This document shows, piece after piece, positions 17,933-26,910 of a stretch of 64,000 bases of DNA. Under the pieces are notes generated by a model. That model made no database searches. It was not told where the DNA came from and was given only the letters and a program-made list of their open reading frames with translations. This DNA comes from a virus, in IMG/VR virus record IMGVR_UViG_3300021962_000073, positions 1 to 64,000 of that record, one strand, 5' to 3'. The position numbers and the translations under genes are program-made. Position 1 is the first letter of the stretch. Each line of letters starts with the position of its first letter.

Positions 17933-18055
17933 TTGATGATGGCAAATCCGCCCAACCATCAGGGCGACTACTTAACCCTATTGAACGTCTTGCCAACGAG
18001 GAGTGGAGAATAGGGGAGTCCAAGAGGACTCTTAAACGGGTGATGGTAACCATAC
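17933..18055 (+). ncRNA. possible structured RNA 4
   Basis: TGATGG/CCATCA with loop CGCCC pairing GGGCG; CCCTATT/AATAGGG; GAGTCC/GGACTC. Confidence 0.45.
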
Positions 18056-18061
18056 CTTTTC

Positions 18062-18139
18062 GGGCCTCTAGCTCATGTTGGTTAGAGCAGCGAACTCATA
18101 ATTCGTTGGTGCGCGGTTCGACTCCGCGGGGGCCCACCA
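18062..18139 (+). tRNA. tRNA(CAT), probably Ile2
   Basis: GCGAA-CTCATAA-TTCGT, CCA. Confidence 0.85.
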
Positions 18140-18152
18140 TATATAATGTATT

Positions 18153-18227
18153 GGGCTGCTAGTGATAATGGGAGCACGCCGCCTTTGCACGGCGGAGGTT
18201 GGAGTTCGATCCTCCAGCGGTCCACCA
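18153..18227 (+). tRNA. tRNA-Ala(TGC)
   Basis: G3:U70, CCGCC-TTTGCAC-GGCGG, CCA. Confidence 0.92.
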
Positions 18228-18235
18228 AGTTTTTC

Positions 18236-18310
18236 GCCCCTATAGTTAAATGGCTATAACAGTTGCCTTGTAAGCATCAATTCCTAGTTCGATTCCAGGT
18301 GGGGGCACCA
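18236..18310 (+). tRNA. tRNA-Thr(TGT)
   Basis: loop CTTGTAA, CCA. Confidence 0.9.
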
Positions 18311-18317
18311 AGTTTTA

Positions 18318-18395
18318 CCGAGTGTAGGATAGTCCGGTTATTCCGCCTGCTTTGGGAGCAGGAAATCGTGTGTTCGAATCACACCACTCGGACCA
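18318..18395 (+). tRNA. tRNA-Pro(TGG)
   Basis: CCTGC-TTTGGGA-GCAGG, CCA. Confidence 0.92.
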
Positions 18396-18403
18396 GTTTC
18401 TAT

Positions 18404-18482
18404 TCCGCAGAACCCGAGCAAGGTGCATGGGCTTGACTGTTAATCAATGGTTAGCAGGGTTCGATTCCCTGATGCGGAGCCA
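18404..18482 (+). tRNA. tRNA-Asn(GTT), divergent second copy
   Basis: TTGA-CTGTTAA-TCAA, T-arm, CCA. Confidence 0.8.
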
Positions 18483-18490
18483 ATTTCAGA

Positions 18491-18564
18491 TGCGGGTTGG
18501 AGAAAAGGTATCTCGGGAGTCTCATAAGCTCCAGTTGGTGGTTCGATTCCATCATCCGCTACCA
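18491..18564 (+). tRNA. tRNA-Met(CAT), initiator-like
   Basis: 1:72 mismatch, loop CTCATAA, CCA. Confidence 0.8.
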
Positions 18565-18570
18565 AGTTAC

Positions 18571-18645
18571 GGTTCAATGACGTAGAAAGATGCGTACCGG
18601 TTTCATAAGCCGAGGAGAGTGGAGCGTTACCACTTTGAACCACCA
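18571..18645 (+). tRNA. atypical tRNA(CAT)
   Basis: GGTTCAA/TTGAACC acceptor, loop TTCATAA, T-loop AGCGTTA, CCA. Confidence 0.65.
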
Positions 18646-18654
18646 GGAGATATT

Positions 18655-19395
18655 ATGAATATTGACGAAATTGTTAAAGTACCATATACAACACAACCAA
18701 GAATGATACGAAATACTGGTGAAGTTTTTAATAAAACTCCCGATAAAAAATATTTTGAAGAGAAGAAAATTCAATTAGATAAATTTGGTTATGATTTGTA
18801 TGGTATGAATATACCTTGCATTACAGAAAAAGTTATTGAAAAATGTGAATCTTTTTTAGGTAAACCTGTAACTGGTGATATCGTAGATTTCGCAATGAAC
18901 TTTGAAGAAGATATTGCGATTATGCACCATGGTGTTTTGTCTGCAATTTGTTTTTGTTTTCCCAGTTCTTGGATTCCTTTTTACGGTCTAGACAAAACAC
19001 TGGAAGAAATACACCGACCTGTGGCTGATGGTGATCATCTTCGGCGTGTAAGTTCGAAACTTACAAAGACAATGGCAGATCCTATTCTAGGAAGTTTTCT
19101 TAGATATGTATGGACTATTACAAAAGTTCCAGATTTAAGTAATCATCCTGAAGTAAAACAAAATTATGATGATGCAGAATTAACATTCGATAATCTCTAT
19201 TTTAGATTGGAGAAACAAACAACATTACCATTGAATGATGGTAAGACTAGTTTGTTTTTTGTGAAAGTTGAAGTTGTTCCATTAAAAAATGTTTGGTCAC
19301 CACTAATTAAAGAGAGTATTGATTCTATGAGTGATGCGATTATTCAATATAAAAATTTAAAAGAAATTAAAACGGTCCTTAGTTCAATGGATTAG
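18655..19395 (+). CDS. DUF3445 / heme-dependent oxidative N-demethylase alpha-like protein
   Basis: EEDIAIM..LSAICFCFPSSW..LEEIHRPV..R..WTI..FRLEKQT; AGGAG RBS before 18655. Confidence 0.65.
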   Translation: MNIDEIVKVPYTTQPRMIRNTGEVFNKTPDKKYFEEKKIQLDKFGYDLYGMNIPCITEKVIEKCESFLGKPVTGDIVDFAMNFEEDIAIMHHGVLSAICFCFPSSWIPFYGLDKTLEEIHRPVADGDHLRRVSSKLTKTMADPILGSFLRYVWTITKVPDLSNHPEVKQNYDDAELTFDNLYFRLEKQTTLPLNDGKTSLFFVKVEVVPLKNVWSPLIKESIDSMSDAIIQYKNLKEIKTVLSSMD

Positions 19396-19448
19396 AATCC
19401 CTTGCTACGAACGAGGAGACGGGAGTTCGATTCTCTCAGGACCGGCCA
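19373..19448 (+). tRNA. tRNA-Arg(ACG)
   Basis: CCTTG-CTACGAA-CGAGG, CCA; overlaps end of upstream CDS. Confidence 0.88.
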
Positions 19449-19453
19449 ATTAT

Positions 19454-19528
19454 GCCCCGTTAGCTGAGATGGATTAGCAACGTCTTGATAAGGCGTAGAG
19501 AATGGATCGATACCATTACGGGGTACCA
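19454..19528 (+). tRNA. tRNA-Ile(GAT)
   Basis: ACGTC-TTGATAA-GGCGT, T-loop ATCGATA, CCA. Confidence 0.85.
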
Positions 19529-19533
19529 TCAAT

Positions 19534-19608
19534 CTCGGTGTAGTGTTAATGGCAGCACGAGAGTCTCCAAAACTCCAAGATGCGGTTCGAGTCCGTACAC
19601 CGAGGCCA
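19534..19608 (+). tRNA. tRNA-Trp(CCA)
   Basis: GAGT-CTCCAAA-ACTC, G73, CCA. Confidence 0.9.
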
Positions 19609-19625
19609 TTTTATAGGAGTGAGAT

Positions 19626-20096
19626 ATGTACAACAAAAAAATTAATTTAAATGAAGTGAAAGCATTCATCGATAGTTGTGGTCCTAATACCAAAGTTTAT
19701 CTTGGATGCGATTCTGAGAAAGTTAAAATTAATGGTGTATGGCATGCGGATTATATTATAGCCATTGTTGTACATATGAACAGCAAGCATGGTTGTAAAA
19801 TTTTCGGTCAAATTACTCGTGAACGTGATTATGACCAAGCACGAAATAAACCAAGAATGCGATTGATGAATGAAGTATATAAAGTTGCCGAGATGTATCT
19901 TGAATTAGCGGCAATGATTGATGTTGAAATTGAAGTTCATCTTGACATCAATCCAAATGAAGAGTATAATTCAAATATTGTAATCAATGAGGCGATTGGC
20001 TACATAAAAGGAATGTGTAATGTTGTTCCTCTTGTAAAACCAAATGCTTTTGCGGCTTCATATGCAGCCGATAGATTGAAAAGTTTAGTAGCTTAA
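19626..20096 (+). CDS. RNase H-like YkuK (DUF458) family protein
   Basis: KVYLGCDS, R.RLM.EV, EVHLDIN, AS.AAD. Confidence 0.8.
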   Translation: MYNKKINLNEVKAFIDSCGPNTKVYLGCDSEKVKINGVWHADYIIAIVVHMNSKHGCKIFGQITRERDYDQARNKPRMRLMNEVYKVAEMYLELAAMIDVEIEVHLDINPNEEYNSNIVINEAIGYIKGMCNVVPLVKPNAFAASYAADRLKSLVA

Positions 20097-20098
20097 TT

Positions 20099-20175
20099 GC
20101 GGGTATGGTGTTTAATGGCTAGCACGACAGCCTTCCAAGCTGACAGTATCGGTTCGAATCCGATTACCCGCTCCA
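20099..20175 (+). tRNA. tRNA-Gly(TCC)
   Basis: CAGC-CTTCCAA-GCTG, U73, CCA. Confidence 0.92.
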
Positions 20176-20192
20176 TATTTTTATATAAATGA

Positions 20193-20729
20193 ATGGAACT
20201 TAAATCTTTTGTCAAACATTATGAAAATGTATTGAGCCCCCAAACTTGCGAACGAATAATCCAAGAATTTGAGAACAATCGTTCACATATCACTCAATAC
20301 GATAATGAGCATTACAAGTTTGATCAGTTAGATTTAAATACATCTGGCAATCAACTTTTAGCGAAAGCATTTATACAACAGGTCGTACCATATCTGAAAA
20401 ATTATATTAGTTTGTTGAGTGTTGAACCTTATGTTAAGATTCGAGGTTTTGAAAATGTACGCATCAAAAAATATCTGAAAGGATCAGATTATAAATTCAA
20501 AACTCATGTTGATGTTGATGATAAAGATTCGGCAGTTCGATATTTGATTTTTATTTTGTATTTAAATGATAACAATGGATGTACAACTTTTCCTAATCTA
20601 GGATTGTCTTTCAAACCAAAACAAGGAAGTATGATTATGTTTCCTCCGTTTTGGATGTTTCCTCATTCAGGTGAAACACCGACAGACAATGATAAGTATA
20701 TTATGATGAGTTGTCTTCACTATAGTTAA
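20193..20729 (+). CDS. 2OG-Fe(II) oxygenase
   Basis: HVD..R.L..ILYLND..FPP.W.FPH..KY. Confidence 0.85.
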   Translation: MELKSFVKHYENVLSPQTCERIIQEFENNRSHITQYDNEHYKFDQLDLNTSGNQLLAKAFIQQVVPYLKNYISLLSVEPYVKIRGFENVRIKKYLKGSDYKFKTHVDVDDKDSAVRYLIFILYLNDNNGCTTFPNLGLSFKPKQGSMIMFPPFWMFPHSGETPTDNDKYIMMSCLHYS

Positions 20730-20730
20730 A

Positions 20731-20820
20731 GCAGGAGTGGAGAAATCGGTAAACTCAGTGGACTTAAAATCCACCGGCACTAAAAACGCCTTGCGGGTTC
20801 AAGTCCCGCCTCCTGCACCA
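20731..20820 (+). tRNA. tRNA-Leu(TAA)
   Basis: GTGGA-CTTAAAA-TCCAC, long variable arm, CCA. Confidence 0.92.
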
Positions 20821-20824
20821 CAAC

Positions 20825-20899
20825 CTGACCGTAGTTAAATGGATATAACATGGGTCTTCTAAACCCAGATTCCAGGTTCGATTCCTGGCGGTCGGGCCA
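20825..20899 (+). tRNA. tRNA-Arg(TCT)
   Basis: TGGGT-CTTCTAA-ACCCA, CCA. Confidence 0.92.
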
Positions 20900-20900
20900 C

Positions 20901-21161
20901 CTATACTACAAACTTAACGTATAGTGTGCAATCACCATCAGTTTCTCCCAGAATGGTGATTCTTCCATTTTCAATTTCTACATTTTCTTCTGCGATTTCT
21001 TCAACTTTCTCAGCACTTACGAATAGGCTCTGTACCATCGTTAACTTATAAACGCCTGTCCCTCCGTTTACAACAGAGTTCATAATATCAACTTCATTTT
21101 CATTAAAGAAACCATCTGTTGCTGTAATATCGTCAAATAAAAAATCGTCTACGCTTGTCAT
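20901..21161 (-). CDS. hypothetical acidic protein
   Basis: AAGGA RBS, ORF. Confidence 0.6.
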   Translation of the reverse strand: MTSVDDFLFDDITATDGFFNENEVDIMNSVVNGGTGVYKLTMVQSLFVSAEKVEEIAEENVEIENGRITILGETDGDCTLYVKFVV

Positions 21162-21171
21162 TTTTATGTCC

Positions 21172-21483
21172 TTAGGTTGGTGTGTCTTCTACGATGTTGA
21201 AATTCTTTCCTGATGAAACCACGCAATAAAGATCCTCGGAGATTTTTTCGACAACGGTCCACGTTTTAGTTCTTTTATTTAGAAAAAATATTACTACCGA
21301 TTCGACTATAGTTCTATTATTTGTCGATCTAACTGTTTCTCCGGCAGCAAAAGGTTTTTCATTAAATTCTACCATCACTGCCGTTAAATCTTTCAAATTA
21401 CCACATTCTACTGGTAATAACCTAGTTTGAGCATTTGCGGTTAAAGAGGTTAGAAGAGCCATTAATACTATTAGATATTTCAT
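21172..21483 (-). CDS. hypothetical secreted protein
   Basis: signal peptide MKYLIVLMALLTSLTANA. Confidence 0.6.
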   Translation of the reverse strand: MKYLIVLMALLTSLTANAQTRLLPVECGNLKDLTAVMVEFNEKPFAAGETVRSTNNRTIVESVVIFFLNKRTKTWTVVEKISEDLYCVVSSGKNFNIVEDTPT

Positions 21484-21522
21484 GATCAAGCCCTTATGAA
21501 AAGTATTTGATTAGTTATGTAG

Positions 21523-22041
21523 TTACCATTTTCCAGCACTTCTTCCATACTCATAAAACCAAACGAAAAATTTAATTGCAACAGTAATGCTTATGATAAG
21601 TAAAGTTCCCCAAAAGGCATTTTCTATAAATTTCTTTCTTCTTTGGGCTTGATCTCTAATTGCTTTCTCTCTTTCTTCTCTAACTTTTTTTCGGATAGCT
21701 ATGAATTCTCGATATCCTTCTTGACTTAGATGCTGTAAAGCACCATAATAAAACATGTGTTGAATTTCCGCTTCCATCTCTCTAAGTTTTTGTTGAGCGG
21801 CATAAATGTCCATCGCTTCAGCCGTATCACTTTTAGCGAATCCAATTTTTTGAAAGATGCCAGGTTTTTTCTGATGATTAGGATCTCTCGACTTGTTTAT
21901 GAAGTCTTGTAGTTGACCTGCTGAGTCTGCCCACTTGTTTAGTTGTCCGAAAATATCTTGTACCTCTCTTCCAACGGCAATCGCCTTCTTGATTCCATTG
22001 AAGGCGGCAGTTGTTGCTGCAAGAAGTGTTACGGGATCCAT
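21523..22041 (-). CDS. hypothetical membrane-anchored protein
   Basis: MDPVT.LA N-terminus, coiled coil, C-terminal TM. Confidence 0.7.
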   Translation of the reverse strand: MDPVTLLAATTAAFNGIKKAIAVGREVQDIFGQLNKWADSAGQLQDFINKSRDPNHQKKPGIFQKIGFAKSDTAEAMDIYAAQQKLREMEAEIQHMFYYGALQHLSQEGYREFIAIRKKVREEREKAIRDQAQRRKKFIENAFWGTLLIISITVAIKFFVWFYEYGRSAGKW

Positions 22042-22709
22042 TAGTTCGCCAATGGATTATCTAATGCTTTTTTAATCTTATCATCAACTTCACGGCGAAT
22101 TGTTCTTATTTCATTATTCGTTTCACGTTCAATTCGATTTACCCTTTCATTAACTCCTTGAACTGTCGCATCTACTTGCTTTTGCATTTCTCGCACAGAT
22201 GAATCTGTTGATCTACGAATTTCTTTTATTTCCCCATCAACTTGCTTACGAATTTCTTTGAAGTCAACTTCAACTTGTCTGCGAACTTCAATAACCGCTC
22301 TCTCAACTTCTCTCTGTGCGACCTTACTGCTTCTTTCTACGCCTTCCAATACACCTTCTGTTCTACGAATATCACCTTTAAGGTTCTGATTGATATCACG
22401 AGTATAACCAACCACCTTTTCGCTATTTTCTTCTAGTTTAATAATTCTTGCTTCATATTCGCTGAAATCTGGTGCGACATAATTCGCTATTTTCTTTTTC
22501 ATTCCCATATAATCATTGTATGCTTCAAAACATCCATATAGTCCACCTATAACTGATGAAACAATACCAAATGCAATCATGAGTTTTGCAGGTGTAAACT
22601 CATATCCACCAATGCTGATAACGGTATCTTTACTCGCATACTTTTTCATAGCCGCTTCTGCGGCTTCTACCTTTTTGTTTAAATCTACTTTATCTTCTGT
22701 ACTGCTCAT
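22041..22709 (-). CDS. coiled-coil membrane protein
   Basis: N-terminal TM, long heptads, C-terminal ALDNPLAN. Confidence 0.7.
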   Translation of the reverse strand: MSSTEDKVDLNKKVEAAEAAMKKYASKDTVISIGGYEFTPAKLMIAFGIVSSVIGGLYGCFEAYNDYMGMKKKIANYVAPDFSEYEARIIKLEENSEKVVGYTRDINQNLKGDIRRTEGVLEGVERSSKVAQREVERAVIEVRRQVEVDFKEIRKQVDGEIKEIRRSTDSSVREMQKQVDATVQGVNERVNRIERETNNEIRTIRREVDDKIKKALDNPLAN

Positions 22710-24369
22710 CTACCATCTCCCTATGAATTCTATCTGAACGTTGATTGAGTTGTCTTAATGCTCTAGCATTGTCTTGTATCGTCACACGTTTATAAATATC
22801 TTCAGATTTGTAGAACGGCACATCAGGTATTTTTACTTCTAAGTATTGACTAAATCCAGGAACCTCCGCCATTGAAGCTAAAGCAACGTCTTGTGGATCT
22901 CTCTGACTGCTTCTTTGAGCGGCAACAGCGGCTGCTCTCGCAGTCTCCCTTGCACTATTTCTTGATTGCTGTTGCTGTGTTGTGTTTCTTGACGGTGATT
23001 GCGATCCACCTGTTGATGATGGTGATACCGATAATCCTTGTCCAAGTGGTTGAGGCGTTTGTATCTTTTCTTCAGGTTTGGAGATAATCTGATTTACAAT
23101 TGGATCACTCGTAGCTTGTGGCGTAGTTAATAACTTCGCTACATCCTCGTTCCCAACAGACGGCACATTTAGTGGAGAAGAAACGACAGAGGTTACTGCT
23201 GTCGTAATTGGTTGTGTTACTGTCTCAATCACCTGCTTCTTTCTAAAAGCGTCTGCATATCCTGGGCAACCAGAATTGTATAGAGGGTTTGCCATACATT
23301 GCTGATTGAAAAACGCTTGTTGATAAAGAGGACACGATGTTGAAAAAAGGGGATTAGCGGTACACTGTTGATTCAAGTAAGCTGATTCATACAGTGGACA
23401 CGATGTATTGGACAATGGGTTCTCATTACAGTTCTTATCGAATAATGCTTTAGCATATCCTGGACAGGTTGAATTGTATAACGGATTTGCTGTACATTGT
23501 TGTTGCAAAAATGCTTGTTGATACTCTGGACAAGTAGGAGAAAATAGTGAGTTTAAACTACATTGCTGTGCTTGATAAGCAACTGCGTATCCTGGGCAAT
23601 TGGTTGCAAATAGAGGATTTGATGAGCATTGCTGATTAAACCATGCTTGTTGCCAACCTGGACAAGACTGACTGAATAGTTGGTTAATCGCACATTGTTG
23701 CTGCAAGTACGCTTGCTGATAACCTTCGCACGTTGGTGAAGCGAGAGGATTCGCACCGCATGGATCCAGTGAATATCTCAATCGAATATCTATATCTCTT
23801 ATCTCAGGGCCGTAATATCCTTTCCAATTTCCCTCATCTCTGCTCGATATCGATATGTAAACATTACCTAAAGATGCTAGACTATACTTGTTAGCAAAGT
23901 CTTCAGTTCCAGTAAAGCGAGTCCAATCGTTTATTCGTCTACTGTAATCATAAGTTTTACTTTCTATGATGTTCGCATTTGTGGAATCATAAAGAGACAC
24001 GCGAATACCTAATGGATCGAAAGATTGAGTTTGATAAGCTCCTGCGTTAGCGTTTTTTATAGTCCATCCGTATTGATATCCTCTGACGATAATGCCAGTA
24101 CCATTCAACGCCTGATTGACTGCTATGCTCTGATATAATACTGAACCGCCGTAGCTAAAAAGTATAGCTCCGTCAGCCGATCTTTGGACTGGACATGGTC
24201 CTCCTGTCGTTCCACCCCATATCATTCCATTGTGCTGAGTCAAACATCCCTGCCAACCTGATTGATTGACAATATTACTGGATGTTTGAATATCTTGGGC
24301 GTTAGAGTAGAAGGAGAAGAACAGCCAAGACGCCAAGCCCAGCAGAAATTTTTTGCCAGAAACTTGCAT
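22690..24369 (-). CDS. secreted Cys-repeat protein
   Basis: signal peptide; ~8 repeats of QQCxxNPLxxxxCPGYxxA. Confidence 0.75.
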   Translation of the reverse strand: MQVSGKKFLLGLASWLFFSFYSNAQDIQTSSNIVNQSGWQGCLTQHNGMIWGGTTGGPCPVQRSADGAILFSYGGSVLYQSIAVNQALNGTGIIVRGYQYGWTIKNANAGAYQTQSFDPLGIRVSLYDSTNANIIESKTYDYSRRINDWTRFTGTEDFANKYSLASLGNVYISISSRDEGNWKGYYGPEIRDIDIRLRYSLDPCGANPLASPTCEGYQQAYLQQQCAINQLFSQSCPGWQQAWFNQQCSSNPLFATNCPGYAVAYQAQQCSLNSLFSPTCPEYQQAFLQQQCTANPLYNSTCPGYAKALFDKNCNENPLSNTSCPLYESAYLNQQCTANPLFSTSCPLYQQAFFNQQCMANPLYNSGCPGYADAFRKKQVIETVTQPITTAVTSVVSSPLNVPSVGNEDVAKLLTTPQATSDPIVNQIISKPEEKIQTPQPLGQGLSVSPSSTGGSQSPSRNTTQQQQSRNSARETARAAAVAAQRSSQRDPQDVALASMAEVPGFSQYLEVKIPDVPFYKSEDIYKRVTIQDNARALRQLNQRSDRIHREMVDEQYRR

Positions 24370-24850
24370 TCGAACTCTCGCTTAGAGGTTGAGGTTTACG
24401 ATCTGGATTTGCATCCCAAACTTTCTTAGCCTCTTCACCAATTTTACCATCTATTGGACAAGGTGTTCCTGCATTCATCATCGCTTGGAAAACTCTATCA
24501 TCTTGACAGAGAGTAGATACGGCAGCAACTTTCATACCCATATCATAAAGATTTTTGGCTAGTTTCAATCTTTCGCAGTTCATATCTCTAACCATTGTTC
24601 CGCCAGAGATACCGAGAATTTGAGTCTGAACAGCGCCACCAACGCCGACAGTACAAAGGTCGTTGTTCAGTACATTAAAAGAAGGAGAAACTGCCGTCGC
24701 TGGAGGAGACCTTACTGTAGTTTCGTTTACGCTATTACTATTTGTGGTAACGGTGCTCGAACTTTTAGAATCTGTTACTATCACATCAGATTGAGCAAAA
24801 CTTAACGAAGAAATAACAAAAAGCACCAAAAAGGTTAACTTTTTGTACAT
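24302..24850 (-). CDS. hypothetical secreted/membrane protein
   Basis: signal peptide, D.C..G..GAVQTQILGIS.G...D.NCERLK, C-terminal TM. Confidence 0.7.
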   Translation of the reverse strand: MYKKLTFLVLFVISSLSFAQSDVIVTDSKSSSTVTTNSNSVNETTVRSPPATAVSPSFNVLNNDLCTVGVGGAVQTQILGISGGTMVRDMNCERLKLAKNLYDMGMKVAAVSTLCQDDRVFQAMMNAGTPCPIDGKIGEEAKKVWDANPDRKPQPLSESSNASFWQKISAGLGVLAVLLLLL

Positions 24851-24960
24851 TTTTGACTTCCTATAGATGTTGTCCTAGAACAACATGATTGACAACTGAA
24901 ACTATTTATGTTATTATTTACACATAATGAAAATGTCTCATAAAAACAACAGTTTGGAAG

Positions 24961-25017
24961 TGTTGCAAAAATACAACTTGACGTTTTCCTGGATGTCTGT
25001 ATAATTGATTCTGTTGA
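24961..25017 (+). promoter_or_regulatory. sigma70 promoter with palindrome
   Basis: TGTTG-N8-CAAC 24961-24977, TTGACG, 16 nt, TATAAT 25000-25005, GATTCTGTTGA. Confidence 0.8.
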
Positions 25018-25037
25018 TTGATTAATAAGGAGTTTTC

Positions 25038-25467
25038 TGTGGCTTATGTCTCTCAAGAAACCAAAGCAAAAATCGTTGCTGCTGTTAAGCCTGTTCTGAA
25101 AAAATATGGTTTGAGCGGTACTTTTGCGGTTCGAAATCATTCTACGATTTCTCTGACCTTAAAATCTGGCAAAATCGATTTTATTGAGAATTATATAAAA
25201 GTTGATGCGGAAAAACCCTACGCTCGTCATTTGAGTTCGGATCAAGTTTCAACGATTCGTAATCAGAGCCATCTGGATATTAATCCTTACTGGTTTCATG
25301 AGCACTTTTCTGGCAAAGCAAAAGCGGCTCTAACTGAGATTTTCGCGGCTATCAAAAAAGGTGGTAGCTGGTATGATGAGTCCGATATTCAGACTGATTA
25401 TTTTAATACTGCGTTCTATATCGACGTTAATGTCGGTAAGTGGAACAAACCTTATGAGGTTAAGTGA
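25038..25467 (+). CDS. conserved hypothetical protein
   Basis: AAGGAG RBS + GTG; D.SD.QTDYF..A.Y....GKW.KPY. Confidence 0.65.
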
Positions 25468-25861
25468 TGTTTGAGAACGATACCCTTGATTCTGTTATGT
25501 TTGACTCTCCAGAATTGCCCTTTCCGACTGAAAACGAGATCGATGAAATGGCTAAATGGTATGGAGAGGATGAACCTGATGTAGGAAGTTGACAATGCAA
25601 GGAATTTATATTATAATATTGCGGGATGGCTGCCGAGTGGCTGCCCTCCGCGATTATGAAGAACTTTTTGAAGGCTACTCACCCAGTATGATTCGATACC
25701 TCAACAAAGAAAAATTTGTTGAGGCTTTTGGCTTTTGTGTTCCAATGACCGAAGTTGAAGCCCGAGAATGTGCCCGAGTAATAGCAAAATCTTACCGCGA
25801 ATTGCCTGATGGCATTCGCACACTAACTGATTATCGTAATTTTTCCTTTGAGGAACTCCGT

Positions 25862-26900
25862 GATGGTGCGTATTCCAAAGATTGAAGAACCTAAATTTCA
25901 AGGCACTCTTTCCAAAATTCAACTGATTGAGTGTTTGAATTGGTATCATTCAAATAAAGAAAATAAAGATGCCGTAAAATACATTCAAGATTATTGTAAG
26001 AAGAATAGAATTGATGGTCGCATATCGAGTACCGAAAGTTTTCTGACCATTGCATGGTTATGTCGGGCTGAGATGAATGGTAATGATCTTGGCTCATACG
26101 GAAAAAAATATCTCATCAATAAATTGAAGAGTATGGTTCGTATCGAAAAGACGGTTGTCCAAGATGCGACACCAGTTGTAAGTATTCAAGAACGATTGAA
26201 AGAAAAAGTTTCAGAAATTGCCGGCGATCTTGAAGGCGCAATCGATGATTATATTCTCAGCGGATTTAAAGATTCGAAATCTCCTTTTGCTTTGATGCAG
26301 GATCGAACAAAAGGTTTACATGCTACTCGTTTGATCGAAATTTTTAAACGTCGTCGAGCGGAGTTTGATGAGGTATTGAATTCGAAAGATACCCAAGTGA
26401 AAGAAGGTTATTCTAATTTCACTAAACCTCAAATCAAGAAAATTATTGCTTATTGCGATTCGATCATCACTGATGCACTTAAAATTTCAGGTGAAGCTAA
26501 GGCTACTCGTAAACCTCGAAAGCGTAAAGCCAAGACTGCCGATCAGTTGCTAGGTAAATTGAATTATCTAGAAGAGTCTAAAGAATTTAAACTCAAATCG
26601 GTGATGCCAAAGCAAATTCTTGGTGCTACTCAATTATGGGTTTTTAATGTTAAAACCAAGGCTCTCGGTGTTTATCATGCCGAAGATGCCTCGGGATTTT
26701 CCGTGAAAGGTTCTACCTTACAAAACTTTTCAGAAATGAAATCTGTAACTAAGCGCCTTCGTAAACCTGAGAAAGTATTATCTGAGGTATTGAACGGAGG
26801 TAAAGTTACTCTTCGAAACATTTTGGGTAAAGTTGCCACTAAAGAAAGCTTCTTGACAGGACGTTTAAATAAAGATACAATACTACTTCGAATTATTTAA
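25862..26900 (+). CDS. conserved hypothetical T4-like protein
   Basis: long ORF preceding rnh. Confidence 0.7.
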
Positions 26901-26910
26901 AAGAGATAAC

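Noticed and set aside
16356-18643. ORFs listed across the tRNA array (e.g. 16356-16610, 16566-16763, 17136-17345, 17390-17599, 18352-18585)
   Set aside because: Shadow translations of tRNA genes (GFEP-type peptides), not proteins.
23270-23760. Regular ~66-nt periodicity considered as a CRISPR array
   Set aside because: Degenerate in-frame protein repeats with no invariant repeat-spacer structure.
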